From Planctomycetota bacterium (GTDB taxonomy: Bacteria > Planctomycetota > UBA1135): a stretch of DNA of 64,000 bases. A program made the translations under genes and the position numbers. Under the pieces are notes generated by a model. That model saw only the letters and a list, made by a program, of their open reading frames with translations. It was not told where the DNA came from and ran no database searches. Within the stretch, counting starts at the first letter, position 1. Each line of letters opens with the position of its first letter. Of this stretch, positions 45,827 through 55,610 are shown one piece after another. Location: assembly GCA_029941685.1 (NCBI GenBank), contig JAPYTC010000001.1, positions 2,381 to 66,380 on the forward strand, given 5' to 3'.

Positions 45827-46728
45827 TAGAAAATAAATTTTTGGATGTTTTTAAAATGCATTTTAACCGCTTGTTGCCATTTACCATTACCGTGAATGTC
45901 GCGATAACGATGCAATGCTGGTGGCACGGGACGTCCGGACCCTAATGGCACGTCTAGGCCTAGTTGCTCACTCAGGGTTTCAATCTGCTCGAGGAATCCT
46001 GCGCGAGCCAACACTGAAGCGCAGGCTACGGCTAAAAACTCTTCGGCCCGCGGTTTTTCAGTTACTGCGATGTCTGGCAAACTAGTTGCTAGATTTTTGC
46101 TGACTGGGAGCCGCGGTGAAAATCTGTCTACAACAATGTTTTTATATTGCCCTTGCTCTGCAACACCCTTAATGCAATCAACGTGCATGTCTGTTAATAG
46201 GTTGTTAACGTTGTCGCCGTGGCTGGCCCACTGGGCATTGTAGTCAGCGGGAAACAGATTGACTGTTTTATAGCTTACGTGCTCTTTAAGCCATGGCGCG
46301 AGTTGTAAAATCAATGAATCGTTCATTTGTTTTGAATCACAAATAGTTGTTTGCTTTACCAGGTCGAGGGTTTCGCTGGTCAGGCCGACTGCGCTAACAA
46401 CCAAGCCGCCAAAGCTGTCACCCTTGCCAGCTTCGTCCGAACCAATGGCGTCTACACTGGGTGGCCAATTGCCGGGGGTGATTTCTATAGGAACCGGTTT
46501 GGTTTCGCTTGCAGGTTTATCCCCAACATATTGCACGCACCAAGCCTCGGCGTTTTTGCCTTGTACCACCAACTTGCCACTGTTGTACATCGATGCTGTT
46601 AAACCATCGGCGCGTACTTGAAATTGCGCGTGATTTAGTTTTCGAAATTCGAAATTGCCCTGGTTTAACTTTTCACGAAGATCCGCAGCCTCCCCTGTGC
46701 TCAATTTATAAACCCACGTTTTACTCAT
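45826..46728 (-). CDS. rnhC: ribonuclease HIII
   Basis: 300 aa. The N-terminal TBP-like domain reads QVRADGLTASMYNSGKLVVQG. The catalytic motif is GSDEAGKGDSFGGLVVSAV. Confidence 0.8.
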   Translation of the reverse strand: MSKTWVYKLSTGEAADLREKLNQGNFEFRKLNHAQFQVRADGLTASMYNSGKLVVQGKNAEAWCVQYVGDKPASETKPVPIEITPGNWPPSVDAIGSDEAGKGDSFGGLVVSAVGLTSETLDLVKQTTICDSKQMNDSLILQLAPWLKEHVSYKTVNLFPADYNAQWASHGDNVNNLLTDMHVDCIKGVAEQGQYKNIVVDRFSPRLPVSKNLATSLPDIAVTEKPRAEEFLAVACASVLARAGFLEQIETLSEQLGLDVPLGSGRPVPPALHRYRDIHGNGKWQQAVKMHFKNIQKFIF

Positions 46729-47410
46729 TACACCACTCGCTTAATGTTTTCTTGGCCGCCGATTCGCACTCATTCATTACTTCTTGAAGCCTGTTGGTTT
46801 GCTGATCGCGATAATTCTTGTCAGACATTTGTGTGCGGTCGACAACACCCATACCTGCATCGTAATTAATTACAATTTTAGAAAACGGTTTTGCTAAAAA
46901 CATTTTATCCCACGAATTTGCACTCCAATACTTTTCTGCCGCAACGCCCATCGAATAAATAGTGCGCCCAGTAATAGCGCTGGCCCAGAGTACTCCGTGG
47001 GCAACGCTATGCATTGGGCCGCGAGGGCCATCGGGGGTAAATGCTATCGGAATCTCGTCCGCTACCGTAGTTGTTATTTCTTCAAAAGCTTCTCGACCCC
47101 GTGACGAGCTTGAACCACGAACTGTTGAATAGCCCATGCGTGTTGCAACCCGGGATATCATTTCGCCATCACGATTTAGACTTACCATAACACAAATGTT
47201 TTTATCGCGGTGGCTACCAATCGCCGTTGGTATCGTTTGGTGCCAGAAAGAAATAATGACGTCTTTATGTTCGCCACAATAAATATCTTCGCCCTGCCAA
47301 CGAATGCGCCAGGTCTTAGCAATAATTCGAATGAACAGTGGGGTTAACCACTGGGCAATCTTGGCAGAGATTACTCGTTTAATGTGGCCGCGGCGCTTTG
47401 GCTTATTCAT
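46721..47410 (-). CDS. DUF374 lysophospholipid-acyltransferase-like protein
   Basis: 229 aa with FWHQ, SLNRDGEMISRVATRMGYSTVRGSSSSRG and FTPDGPRGP. Confidence 0.8.
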   Translation of the reverse strand: MNKPKRRGHIKRVISAKIAQWLTPLFIRIIAKTWRIRWQGEDIYCGEHKDVIISFWHQTIPTAIGSHRDKNICVMVSLNRDGEMISRVATRMGYSTVRGSSSSRGREAFEEITTTVADEIPIAFTPDGPRGPMHSVAHGVLWASAITGRTIYSMGVAAEKYWSANSWDKMFLAKPFSKIVINYDAGMGVVDRTQMSDKNYRDQQTNRLQEVMNECESAAKKTLSEWCNE

Positions 47411-48422
47411 TGCCGATATTGTCGCCGTGCCCCGTCATCAAGTCGACCTCATCTTCTTCCCTTTGCCAAACATCGTGTAAGGCTTGTTTGTGGCGGCGGC
47501 GACGGGCAGCAACAAAGGGAACTAGTCCGAGAATAATTATCACCACCAAAAAGAAAAAGTGTGGATACATTTCTTGAATCACCCGCCACCAAGAATTTAA
47601 ATTGGCACGAACTATTTTTTCATGTGACACCACGCTAAATCCGGTGTGGTCGACAAGTGCTTGGTCAAAACTACGGCCGGCCGCCATGCTCTTAAACACC
47701 TGCTTAAATAATTCGTCGCCGTATTTGTTATTCAAAAACAACACAAACTCTTTTGCTAGAGCGTATCCCACCGCCGCGCGATAGGGTTCGTTACCAAAAG
47801 CTGTGTTGTAAGAGTTCAGTCGGGGTAAATTATTATGCTTTGCCTCCCACGCCAAAGAAACGTTGTAGGTTTCAGCGAGCCCACGATCCGACCACATTTC
47901 TGCCAGGCCTTCATGAAGCCACAAAGGTATTTTCTCCCGAGCCTGAGGGGGTAATTCAAACAAAGCCCAGTGAACTAATTCGTGATTAAGCAGCTTGGCA
48001 ATTTGGGCCGGTGACTGCTCCGGCTTTACCCAAACAACGATTTGGTTTAAATCTTGTTGGGCTACAGCGTTGTACCAAACCGGAGGCTCAAACTGCAACT
48101 TACTAGAAAAGGTCTCAATGTCACGGCAAAAGTAGATGTCGCCGCTTTTTTTATTGTCGATAGCGAAGAATGCGCGGATTTCATCAAGCCTGTCGTGAGC
48201 GGCATTGGCCACCAAAGACAGTTCGGTGGCTAAGTTTTCATCCTGATAAGAAAAGGTAAAGGTGTCACCACTTTGCTGCTGTAAGGCTAGAGGTTGAGGC
48301 TGGCCCATGCATGGCATAAAAGCCAAGATGGTAGAGATGATGTGGGTTGCAATCAAAGTAATTAATAGATAGGTGTTAAATAGTAGCGCCCATCCGCAAA
48401 TAAATGGTAGGATTTCACCCAA
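47403..48422 (-). CDS. putative zinc metalloprotease (peptidase MA-like, HExxH ... EG)
   Basis: 339 aa (TTG start) with HELVHWAL followed by PLWLHEGLAEMW. It has a C-terminal TM helix (FFFLVVIIILGLVPFV) and a basic/acidic tail. Confidence 0.6.
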   Translation of the reverse strand: MGEILPFICGWALLFNTYLLITLIATHIISTILAFMPCMGQPQPLALQQQSGDTFTFSYQDENLATELSLVANAAHDRLDEIRAFFAIDNKKSGDIYFCRDIETFSSKLQFEPPVWYNAVAQQDLNQIVVWVKPEQSPAQIAKLLNHELVHWALFELPPQAREKIPLWLHEGLAEMWSDRGLAETYNVSLAWEAKHNNLPRLNSYNTAFGNEPYRAAVGYALAKEFVLFLNNKYGDELFKQVFKSMAAGRSFDQALVDHTGFSVVSHEKIVRANLNSWWRVIQEMYPHFFFLVVIIILGLVPFVAARRRRHKQALHDVWQREEDEVDLMTGHGDNIGNE

Positions 48423-48491
48423 TTGGGGCTACACCTACGCTGTTGCCCAATCATCATACCTTAGACGGCCAAATAGGTCGCAATTAAGCAA

Positions 48492-49391
48492 ATGGTTCTC
48501 TCATACGAAGAAACTCCACTTTCAGATTGGTTTAAGAAAAACCGAATCACCATCACCCTAACAGTGCTTGTCATATTCGGCGGCAACGCATACCTCGAGT
48601 ACTGGCCGCGGATGCAAGCTCAAAACAACGCCGAATCTTGGTCTTTATACCAGACGATTAGCAGCGAAGTTGATGTGACTACCAATCTCAGTGAAAAGTT
48701 GGCACAAGCCGAGCGGGACCCGCTGACCTATCAATGGTTTGTCTACACCACGACCCGTTTAGCGCTGCAATCTAAAAACGCTGAAGCCCAAAGTATTCTC
48801 AAAACACGCCTCGAGAAACTAGCTAACTCTGATGACGCGCAAAATTGGGTGGCGAGCAGCAATGGGGAAACCCGTCCGATCGCCAATATCTTGCTGGATG
48901 CAATTAACGGAACCGGCATCGACACACCCAGATTCGACAACCCTACTCCAACCGGCCCAACCTATGTTGTCTCCCTAATGCTTGATGATACAACAAGTTA
49001 CGATATAACGATATCTACGTTCAGCGAGTCCATGGCTACGGTGAATCATTTTGTGGCCAATATTGACGGCCTTGTTGGCTCAGAAATTACCAACTTCAAC
49101 AATATCTCTCTTACGATAGAGAATGGCCTAGAAGAAGACGCCGCTGCCATCGAGATTGAGCGCACGCGACTGTTCCACGCTGAGGGTGTTTTATGCACGG
49201 TAGCCACCTCCGAAAGCGACGGTAGCCAGAAGGCCAACACCCTGCAAATTATGCTAAAAGACAACTTCTTCGCGGATGGGCAATCAACGGTATTCGGCGT
49301 CGTCACTAGTGGCCTCGATGAGTTAAAAGAGGCTCTTGCTGGCTTAGGCAACGACCAAACGCTAACCGTATCAGCTGTTACTGAAGCTTAA
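48492..49391 (+). CDS. membrane-anchored protein with degenerate cyclophilin-like C-terminal domain
   Basis: 299 aa with the TM helix ITITLTVLVIFGGNAYL. The C-terminal segment TVNHFVANIDG...GVL...SDGSQ...DNFFADGQSTVFGVVTSGLDELKEAL resembles cyclophilin PPIases only loosely. Confidence 0.5.
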   Translation: MVLSYEETPLSDWFKKNRITITLTVLVIFGGNAYLEYWPRMQAQNNAESWSLYQTISSEVDVTTNLSEKLAQAERDPLTYQWFVYTTTRLALQSKNAEAQSILKTRLEKLANSDDAQNWVASSNGETRPIANILLDAINGTGIDTPRFDNPTPTGPTYVVSLMLDDTTSYDITISTFSESMATVNHFVANIDGLVGSEITNFNNISLTIENGLEEDAAAIEIERTRLFHAEGVLCTVATSESDGSQKANTLQIMLKDNFFADGQSTVFGVVTSGLDELKEALAGLGNDQTLTVSAVTEA

Positions 49392-50293
49392 GAATTCAAT
49401 AGCTCGTCGGCCTCATTGCCGAGGCCAAGCCCCTGCACCATAGTATCCAGCGAGTCCAGGTCGCTAAAGTGGAGCACCACTTTACCCCCACCACGCACAT
49501 GGATCTTCAACTCGGACCTACAGCCGAGCTTGCGAGATAGTTTCTCTTGGAGCTCTGCCGCCCAAGCCGGCTTAGATGGGCGTGAGCGATGCGATGGAGT
49601 GAGTGTTCCCGCAACTATCTTTTTACACAGAACTTCTGTAGCCCTAACGGATAGGTCTTTGTCGATAATCTCTTTCTTTGCACGCGCCAATTCGGCCTCC
49701 CCGCCGAGCTGTAACATTGCGCGGGCATGACCGGCGGTTAATGTTCCACGTGAAACATCTTCCTGTAGTTCAAGCGGAAGCTCTAACAAACGAACGAGAT
49801 TCGCGACAGTTGGTCTTTTGTAGCCCAAACGATCCGCCACCTGTTGTTGCGTGAGGCCATAATCTTCGAGAAGGCGTTTACATGCTGTTGCGCGCTCTAT
49901 TGGGTCGAGATCCTCGCGTTGAATGTTTTCTATAAGCGCTAGCTCGAGGCGCTCCTCACCACTGATGCTGCCCTCGCGGACAATTACCGGAACTTTGCTG
50001 AGCTTGGCCAGAGCAGCTGCTCGCCAACGACGCTCGCCCGCAAGAATCTCATAGTTGCCATCAGGGTCTTGAGTGACTACGATGGGCTGCATCATTCCAT
50101 GCCGCCGTAGGGATTCGGCTAGTTTGTCTATCCCTCGCTCGGTGTGTGTTCGCGGTTGCTCACTACTAGGGCGCAAGGCGCTATGGTTTACCCATAATTT
50201 GCCGTCACTGGCGACCGTGTCGGTGGCATGGCGATTTGAAAGTAATGATCCGATGCCTTTTCCGAGGCGTTGTGGTGGTTTAGGTGGAGTCAT
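49388..50293 (-). CDS. parB: chromosome partitioning protein ParB
   Basis: 301 aa with GMMQPIVV, ILAGERRWRAA, LIENIQREDLDPIE and an HTH (LTQQQVADRLGYKRPTVANLVRL). Confidence 0.9.
   Translation of the reverse strand: MTPPKPPQRLGKGIGSLLSNRHATDTVASDGKLWVNHSALRPSSEQPRTHTERGIDKLAESLRRHGMMQPIVVTQDPDGNYEILAGERRWRAAALAKLSKVPVIVREGSISGEERLELALIENIQREDLDPIERATACKRLLEDYGLTQQQVADRLGYKRPTVANLVRLLELPLELQEDVSRGTLTAGHARAMLQLGGEAELARAKKEIIDKDLSVRATEVLCKKIVAGTLTPSHRSRPSKPAWAAELQEKLSRKLGCRSELKIHVRGGGKVVLHFSDLDSLDTMVQGLGLGNEADELLNS
49742..49757. promoter_or_regulatory. parS centromere site inside parB
   Basis: TGTTCCACGTGAAACA is a 16-bp near-palindrome. It differs at one position from the TGTTTCACGTGAAACA consensus and matches the classic variant found inside B. 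subtilis spo0J. Confidence 0.75.
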
Positions 50294-50329
50294 GCCAAAA
50301 GAATACGCTCTTTTGATATGAAATACTAT

Positions 50330-51736
50330 CTATTTAAGAAACGGGAATGCCTTGGTGACGGCATCAAGGTCTGTGTCCCCTAATCCTAGAGCGAATAACT
50401 GCTTAATATCAGCTATGGCGACGCTGTCGCCATGGAAAGTATATGTTGTCACCTCGGGGTGGCTTCCTATAAGCACCAGCATTGCCATGAAGCTAGCTGC
50501 ATTTGCTCGTTGCCCAGCACACTCTATCTCAATATCTAGCCCATGGTGTTTGACCATATTCGCTATCATAGACAGTGGGCGGGCATGCATTTCAACACCA
50601 TCAATAAGCTCGACAACCACACTGTCGCTAATAGTTAGATCATTCAGGAGTTGCTGGGCAAGCGGGATACATGATTCTAAACTCTTATAAGCGGGTAGTA
50701 TAAGATGGTTTGCTATGAGGGCAACAAGTGCATCCCATGGAACCGCTGTAGATATCCGAGTGCGGTGGTGGTGTCTCTCATATAGATGGGTCAGTGCGGT
50801 AACTGCCTCTAATAGGTGTAGACATTCGCTAACCGACCCACGCACTTTACGCAGCTGTGGGCTTGCTAGCTCAAGCGATGTGTTGCGTAGATGGGAATCA
50901 TAATCGCTTTGTAAATTATGCACCCTCGACTGAAAGGATCTCGCTGTCGCTTCTGTGCAATAGGTCTTCATAAATAAATCGGTGTCGCTACCAGGCACCA
51001 ACCCCTGGGTCGTGGCTACGTCCCAGTTATTAAACAATCTTATAAAGCGACTTAAATATCTAGGAGCTATGGCTTTACTGTCTTCGTTGGCGTCGCGATC
51101 ATCATCACTGACTAGGTCGGGTGGCAAGATAGGCATGGGGGGGTGGATAGCCACCTCAACTTCCTTGGGCGTGATAAGAGACAGGTCGGCCCCGACCCAG
51201 CTTGAGCAAAGCTGCGTAAATAACTTCTCTAGGTATTCGTGAAGGCTGGCTGTAGAGGCCTCAACGTGATTGTCGAGCCCACCTTGGCTCCAATCAGCGC
51301 TCGCCGCGGGGTATGGGATTGGCCCACTCTTTAATAGCGACAAACATGATAGCGCTTGTGAGATCCATTTGAGGCCCGAGACTTCCTCGCGAATTAAGTG
51401 AAAGCGCTTATTGTCAGCCGCGCCGTGACTATCTAAATAATCTTCGAGGAGTTTTGCTTCGTGATAGACAGCATACAGCGACCTTTCTGCGTAACTAGTG
51501 TGCATATAGGACCTTACAACTGCAACCGCATCAAACAACGCGCGCGCCTTCTGTTCAAGAGCGGGGGCGAAAATGTCTTCTGATAGCTTGCTAGAGCGTG
51601 CAGGTGGTTTTATTGGTGCATTCATAACCGAATTGGCGTCATAGTTTGTCGTCTTTTCCCCACTATAACCTAAAAATATCAATATTTCTCTAATGCTACG
51701 CCGTTTCGCGCCGCAAAGGGGGTCGGAGCTTGCCAC
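50330..51736 (-). CDS. protein of unknown function with C-terminal HPr (PTS phosphocarrier) domain
   Basis: The C-terminal ~90 aa read DGVEMHARPLSMIANMV...GQRANAASFMAMLVLIG, with HPr His15- and Ser46-type motifs. The N-terminal ~340-380 aa are helical and unrecognised. The maximal ORF starts at GTG 51736; an ATG at 51625 (MNAPIKPP) is an equally plausible start. Confidence 0.7.
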   Translation of the reverse strand: MASSDPLCGAKRRSIREILIFLGYSGEKTTNYDANSVMNAPIKPPARSSKLSEDIFAPALEQKARALFDAVAVVRSYMHTSYAERSLYAVYHEAKLLEDYLDSHGAADNKRFHLIREEVSGLKWISQALSCLSLLKSGPIPYPAASADWSQGGLDNHVEASTASLHEYLEKLFTQLCSSWVGADLSLITPKEVEVAIHPPMPILPPDLVSDDDRDANEDSKAIAPRYLSRFIRLFNNWDVATTQGLVPGSDTDLFMKTYCTEATARSFQSRVHNLQSDYDSHLRNTSLELASPQLRKVRGSVSECLHLLEAVTALTHLYERHHHRTRISTAVPWDALVALIANHLILPAYKSLESCIPLAQQLLNDLTISDSVVVELIDGVEMHARPLSMIANMVKHHGLDIEIECAGQRANAASFMAMLVLIGSHPEVTTYTFHGDSVAIADIKQLFALGLGDTDLDAVTKAFPFLK

Positions 51737-51778
51737 AGCAGGCTGCCGCTTTACTTAATTACTCAATAAAGAACACCC

Positions 51779-52633
51779 ATGAACGATCGCTGCCTCGAAA
51801 CGTACCTACAAGAAATTGATGAGGTCAAATTACTCAATGCCGAACAAGAAGTGGAGCTTGGTAGAAAAGTCAAAGCTGGGGACAATGAAGCGCGCGAGCA
51901 CATGATTCGCGCTAATCTCCGACTAGTTGTTTCTGTCGCTAAACGATTTAAGGGGCGTGGCTTAACTCTTTCTGACCTAATCGCCGAGGGCAATATTGGT
52001 CTACTCAAAGGAGTGGAAAAATTTGACCCCGAATCTGGATTTAGATTCTCGACCTACGCTACGTGGTGGATCAAACAAACAATTCGTCGCGCATTAATTA
52101 ATTCCGTTAAAACGATTCGCATCCCCTCATATATGGTTGAAATGTTGAGTAAATGGCGTCGGACAACGACTGAGCTAGAGGCTCAGCTGGGCCACATGCC
52201 GTTACCAGAAGAGATCGCGGCTCACATGGAAATCTCAAAAAAGAATATTAAGGTAGTGCAGCAAACCATTCACGACCAGGAAATCGCGCCTCAGTTGGGC
52301 AGCGATGGAATTTCTGGAGTCTGTCCGGTTAATCGTGGTGACAATCGAGATTCACGCACGCCTGATGACTTGGTAATGGAAAAGGATGCGATCGAGACCA
52401 TTCGTGAAATTTTAGATTTCATCGACCCCCTCGAGGCTGGAGTATTACGCCACCGATATGGTTTGAGTGGTGAAGAGCCCGCTACTCTAGAATATGCTTC
52501 GAAGCAACTTGGCATCTCGCGCGAACGTGTGCGTCAGCTTGAGCAACGAGCTTTGAAAAAATTGCATCGCTATGTTGTAGATGGTAAAAAACCGCAAAGC
52601 CTCGACCAGTTTAGAAGCCGCAAGCTCGCCTGA
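51779..52633 (+). CDS. RNA polymerase sigma factor, sigma-70 family (regions 2-4, RpoD/RpoS-like)
   Basis: 284 aa with YLQEI...[53 protein letters not shown] and [19 protein letters not shown]. Confidence 0.9.
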   Translation: MNDRCLETYLQEIDEVKLLNAEQEVELGRKVKAGDNEAREHMIRANLRLVVSVAKRFKGRGLTLSDLIAEGNIGLLKGVEKFDPESGFRFSTYATWWIKQTIRRALINSVKTIRIPSYMVEMLSKWRRTTTELEAQLGHMPLPEEIAAHMEISKKNIKVVQQTIHDQEIAPQLGSDGISGVCPVNRGDNRDSRTPDDLVMEKDAIETIREILDFIDPLEAGVLRHRYGLSGEEPATLEYASKQLGISRERVRQLEQRALKKLHRYVVDGKKPQSLDQFRSRKLA

Positions 52634-53819
52634 ACAAGAACACCTATTGGGGGAAGGGGGCGGCGCGCTATATGTCCACCTTCCTTACTGTGTTAAGAAG
52701 TGTCGATATTGTGATTTTAATTCTTATGCCTACACAGATCAAAACATTGATGCTTACTTGAGTAGTGTGTTGCGCGAAGCGGAATTGCGCGCACCTGGCT
52801 TAAGGCCGCAAACTCTATTTGTAGGTGGTGGCACACCATCGTTTATAGACGCCGACCGGCTAAAGAGTTTTTTTGATAACTTAAATGACATTACTGGATT
52901 CGCCGATTCGGTGATAGAGGCGACGATGGAGGCTAATCCCGAATCGTTTGATGATGAAACCGCACAGGCCGTATTTGGGGCTGGGATTAACCGACTTTCC
53001 TTGGGATTTCAGTCACTACGCAATGACGTTCTGTTGGCATACGATCGCGTGCATGACGTTGACCGATCATTTAAGGCCTTTGAAAGCGCTAGAAATGCTG
53101 GTTTTGATAACATTAATATTGATTTAATATATTCTTTTCCCGGACAAGACCTGAACGATTGGCTCAGTGACCTAGAGTCTATTCATGAATTGTCCCCCGA
53201 GCATTTATCCTGTTACGAATTAAGTTATGAGCCGGGAACAAGTTTGACCAAGCTCCGCGATGCCGGCAGGCATCAACAAAATTCAAATGATTTTGCAAAA
53301 CAAATGTTTGACTTAACTCGCGCCGCAAACTCTAGTGCTGGATACCTTCCTTATGAAGTAAGTGCTTTTTCGAAACAGGGGCGACAGTGCCAACATAATT
53401 TAACATACTGGAATTCTTTACCATACATTGGCCTTGGTGCTGGTGCGGCAAGTTGGCAAACCCCATATCGTGTCATGAACATTGCTTCTCCTGAAGCATA
53501 TGTCGGTGCGCTTGCGGCGAGTGAAAGCCCTCACCAAGAAAAAACTGCGTGCTCGCCTACAACCATTTTATTCGATGCCTTGATGATGGGGTTGCGATTA
53601 GAGAATAAAGGAGTCTCGTTTGAGCACTTGTTTAACTTATCTGGGCTAGATGCGCGCCAACACTACGCCACACAATGGTCGAAATTTATCGACCAGAGCA
53701 TGGTCGTTTTTGTCGAAGAAAACGAGGGCACTTATGTACGCGCAACAGCTCTCGGTTACCTTCACCTCGATACCATCCTCGGTGAGCTATTGCCCGATGA
53801 TGTGGTGCTTACGGTATGA
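52581..53819 (+). CDS. hemW: radical SAM heme chaperone HemW (coproporphyrinogen III oxidase-like)
   Basis: [18 protein letters not shown] (CxxxCxxC), FVGGGTPS and RLSLGFQS. The ATG at 52581 overlaps the sigma gene by 53 nt; a TTG at 52647 is an alternative start. Confidence 0.85.
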   Translation: MVKNRKASTSLEAASSPEQEHLLGEGGGALYVHLPYCVKKCRYCDFNSYAYTDQNIDAYLSSVLREAELRAPGLRPQTLFVGGGTPSFIDADRLKSFFDNLNDITGFADSVIEATMEANPESFDDETAQAVFGAGINRLSLGFQSLRNDVLLAYDRVHDVDRSFKAFESARNAGFDNINIDLIYSFPGQDLNDWLSDLESIHELSPEHLSCYELSYEPGTSLTKLRDAGRHQQNSNDFAKQMFDLTRAANSSAGYLPYEVSAFSKQGRQCQHNLTYWNSLPYIGLGAGAASWQTPYRVMNIASPEAYVGALAASESPHQEKTACSPTTILFDALMMGLRLENKGVSFEHLFNLSGLDARQHYATQWSKFIDQSMVVFVEENEGTYVRATALGYLHLDTILGELLPDDVVLTV

Positions 53820-53828
53820 TACGGTGTA

Positions 53829-54719
53829 ATGAAATACATTGACCGCCTGCATTCAGCAATTGACCGTTGCCAAAGTTCGGCGATGGTCGGGCTAGATCCG
53901 CGTCTTGATCATTTGCCACAGCCTTTCCGTGATCGCGCGGCGGGTTCGGCCAACGACGCCGCGTTAGCAATTACCGAATACCATCGTGCCCTGATTGACA
54001 TTTTGGCCACCGAGATTGCTGTCATTAAACCACAATCGGCATTTTTTGAAAGACTGGGGCCCGCCGGCTTTGCTGCCCTCGCCGACGCTTGCGAATATGC
54101 CAAAGAAAGGGGGATGTTGGTTTTGATGGATGCCAAACGGGGTGATATTGGCTCGACCTCCAATGCTTACGCCGAGACATTCTTGGGGGGTGGATACAAA
54201 AACGCTTTTCCACAGTGTGACGCCCTAACGGTTAATCCATTTCTAGGCATTGACGCGTGCGAACCGTTTCTTGAATACGCAAAAAGAAACAATGCGGGCC
54301 TCTACTTTTTGGTGAAAACCTCAAACCCTGGCGCAGTAAGTTTCCAAAACCACGGAAGTCCGACTCTCTCTGAAGTAATCGCGGCACAGGTAGATAAATG
54401 GTCACGTCAGGACATGGGTGACCGCTGGTGGTCGAATATTGGTGCGGTCGTTGGCGCCACCCGCGCAGACGAACTCGGTGGTTTCCGCAAATTGATGCCA
54501 CACACGCCACTACTTTTGCCAGGCTTTGGATTTCAGGGCGGCACCGCCGAGGGCTTAGATGGTGCTTTTGACCAAAATGGGCACGGTGCGGTTGTTAATT
54601 CTAGTCGTGGTATTTTATGGGCACATGAACGCAAGGATCTTGATCACATGAGCTGCTGGGAAGATAGAACCGCATTTGCGGTCATTGAAATGAAGCAATT
54701 GTTGGCAGGGGCGAAATAA
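53829..54719 (+). CDS. pyrF: orotidine 5'-phosphate decarboxylase (long, type 2)
   Basis: 296 aa with VGLDPR, IKPQSAFFE, MDAKRGDIGST and LLPGFGFQGG. Confidence 0.9.
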   Translation: MKYIDRLHSAIDRCQSSAMVGLDPRLDHLPQPFRDRAAGSANDAALAITEYHRALIDILATEIAVIKPQSAFFERLGPAGFAALADACEYAKERGMLVLMDAKRGDIGSTSNAYAETFLGGGYKNAFPQCDALTVNPFLGIDACEPFLEYAKRNNAGLYFLVKTSNPGAVSFQNHGSPTLSEVIAAQVDKWSRQDMGDRWWSNIGAVVGATRADELGGFRKLMPHTPLLLPGFGFQGGTAEGLDGAFDQNGHGAVVNSSRGILWAHERKDLDHMSCWEDRTAFAVIEMKQLLAGAK

Positions 54720-54791
54720 TGTGTTTTTAAACAAGCGCATAATGTTGTTTATATAAAATTATCCGCACTTACGCGCTAGAAACGCTATTCT

Positions 54792-55610
54792 GTGGCCGTG
54801 CACATTGTTTCGATAATCAATCAAAAGGGTGGGGTGGGTAAAACCACTTCTGTCGCCAATATTGGTGCGGCTTTGGCCATAGCTGGGCATAAGGTTTTGC
54901 TCGTCGACCTCGACCCGCAAGCCCATCTCTCGATCAGCTTCGACCGTATGCCCGAGCCGGGCGATCCTTCGGTTTACACCATGCTAATGAATCAAAACAC
55001 TTTTGTTGATTTGATGCAACCAACCCAAACGGATGGGTTGTTTATTGCCCCAACAAATCTTGATCTCACCGGCGCCGAATCAGAACTTGCTGCCGAAATT
55101 GGTCGCGAGGGTATCCTTCATTTGGCACTACATAAGCTATCAAAAAGTGATGTCGCCCCAGATGTTGTGCTATTAGATTGTCCGCCTTCGCTCGGCACCT
55201 TATCGCTAAACGCGCTGGTGGCATCCGACTCGGTCATCGTTCCTTTGCAGGCAGAGTTTTTCGCACTTCAAGGAATGGCACAGCTGTTAGATGTTCTCGA
55301 GCGAGTTAAACAACGATTAAACCCCAAGCTCGAACTGATTGGCATTTTAATCGGCATGTTTTCCAAACAGCGTAATTTATCACGCGAGGTCTTGCAGGAG
55401 TTAGAAAATCATTTTGGCGAATTAGTCTTTCCAACGCAAATACGTGTAAACGTAAGGCTGGCCGAAGCCCCCTCTCACGGACAAACTATTTTCGAATATG
55501 CTCCCGAGTCGACCGCCGCCAAGCAGTTTGCTGAGATTGCTATTGAGTTGGCAAAACGTATCCGCCTAGACACCAATGAGCCAGCCCTGCCGTCCGCGAA
55601 TATCGTTTGA
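54792..55610 (+). CDS. parA: chromosome partitioning ATPase ParA/Soj
   Basis: 272 aa (GTG start) with the deviant Walker A NQKGGVGKTT. Other motifs are LVDLDPQ, LLDCPPSLG and ARLAEAPSHGQ-type RLAEAPSHG. Confidence 0.9.
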   Translation: MAVHIVSIINQKGGVGKTTSVANIGAALAIAGHKVLLVDLDPQAHLSISFDRMPEPGDPSVYTMLMNQNTFVDLMQPTQTDGLFIAPTNLDLTGAESELAAEIGREGILHLALHKLSKSDVAPDVVLLDCPPSLGTLSLNALVASDSVIVPLQAEFFALQGMAQLLDVLERVKQRLNPKLELIGILIGMFSKQRNLSREVLQELENHFGELVFPTQIRVNVRLAEAPSHGQTIFEYAPESTAAKQFAEIAIELAKRIRLDTNEPALPSANIV

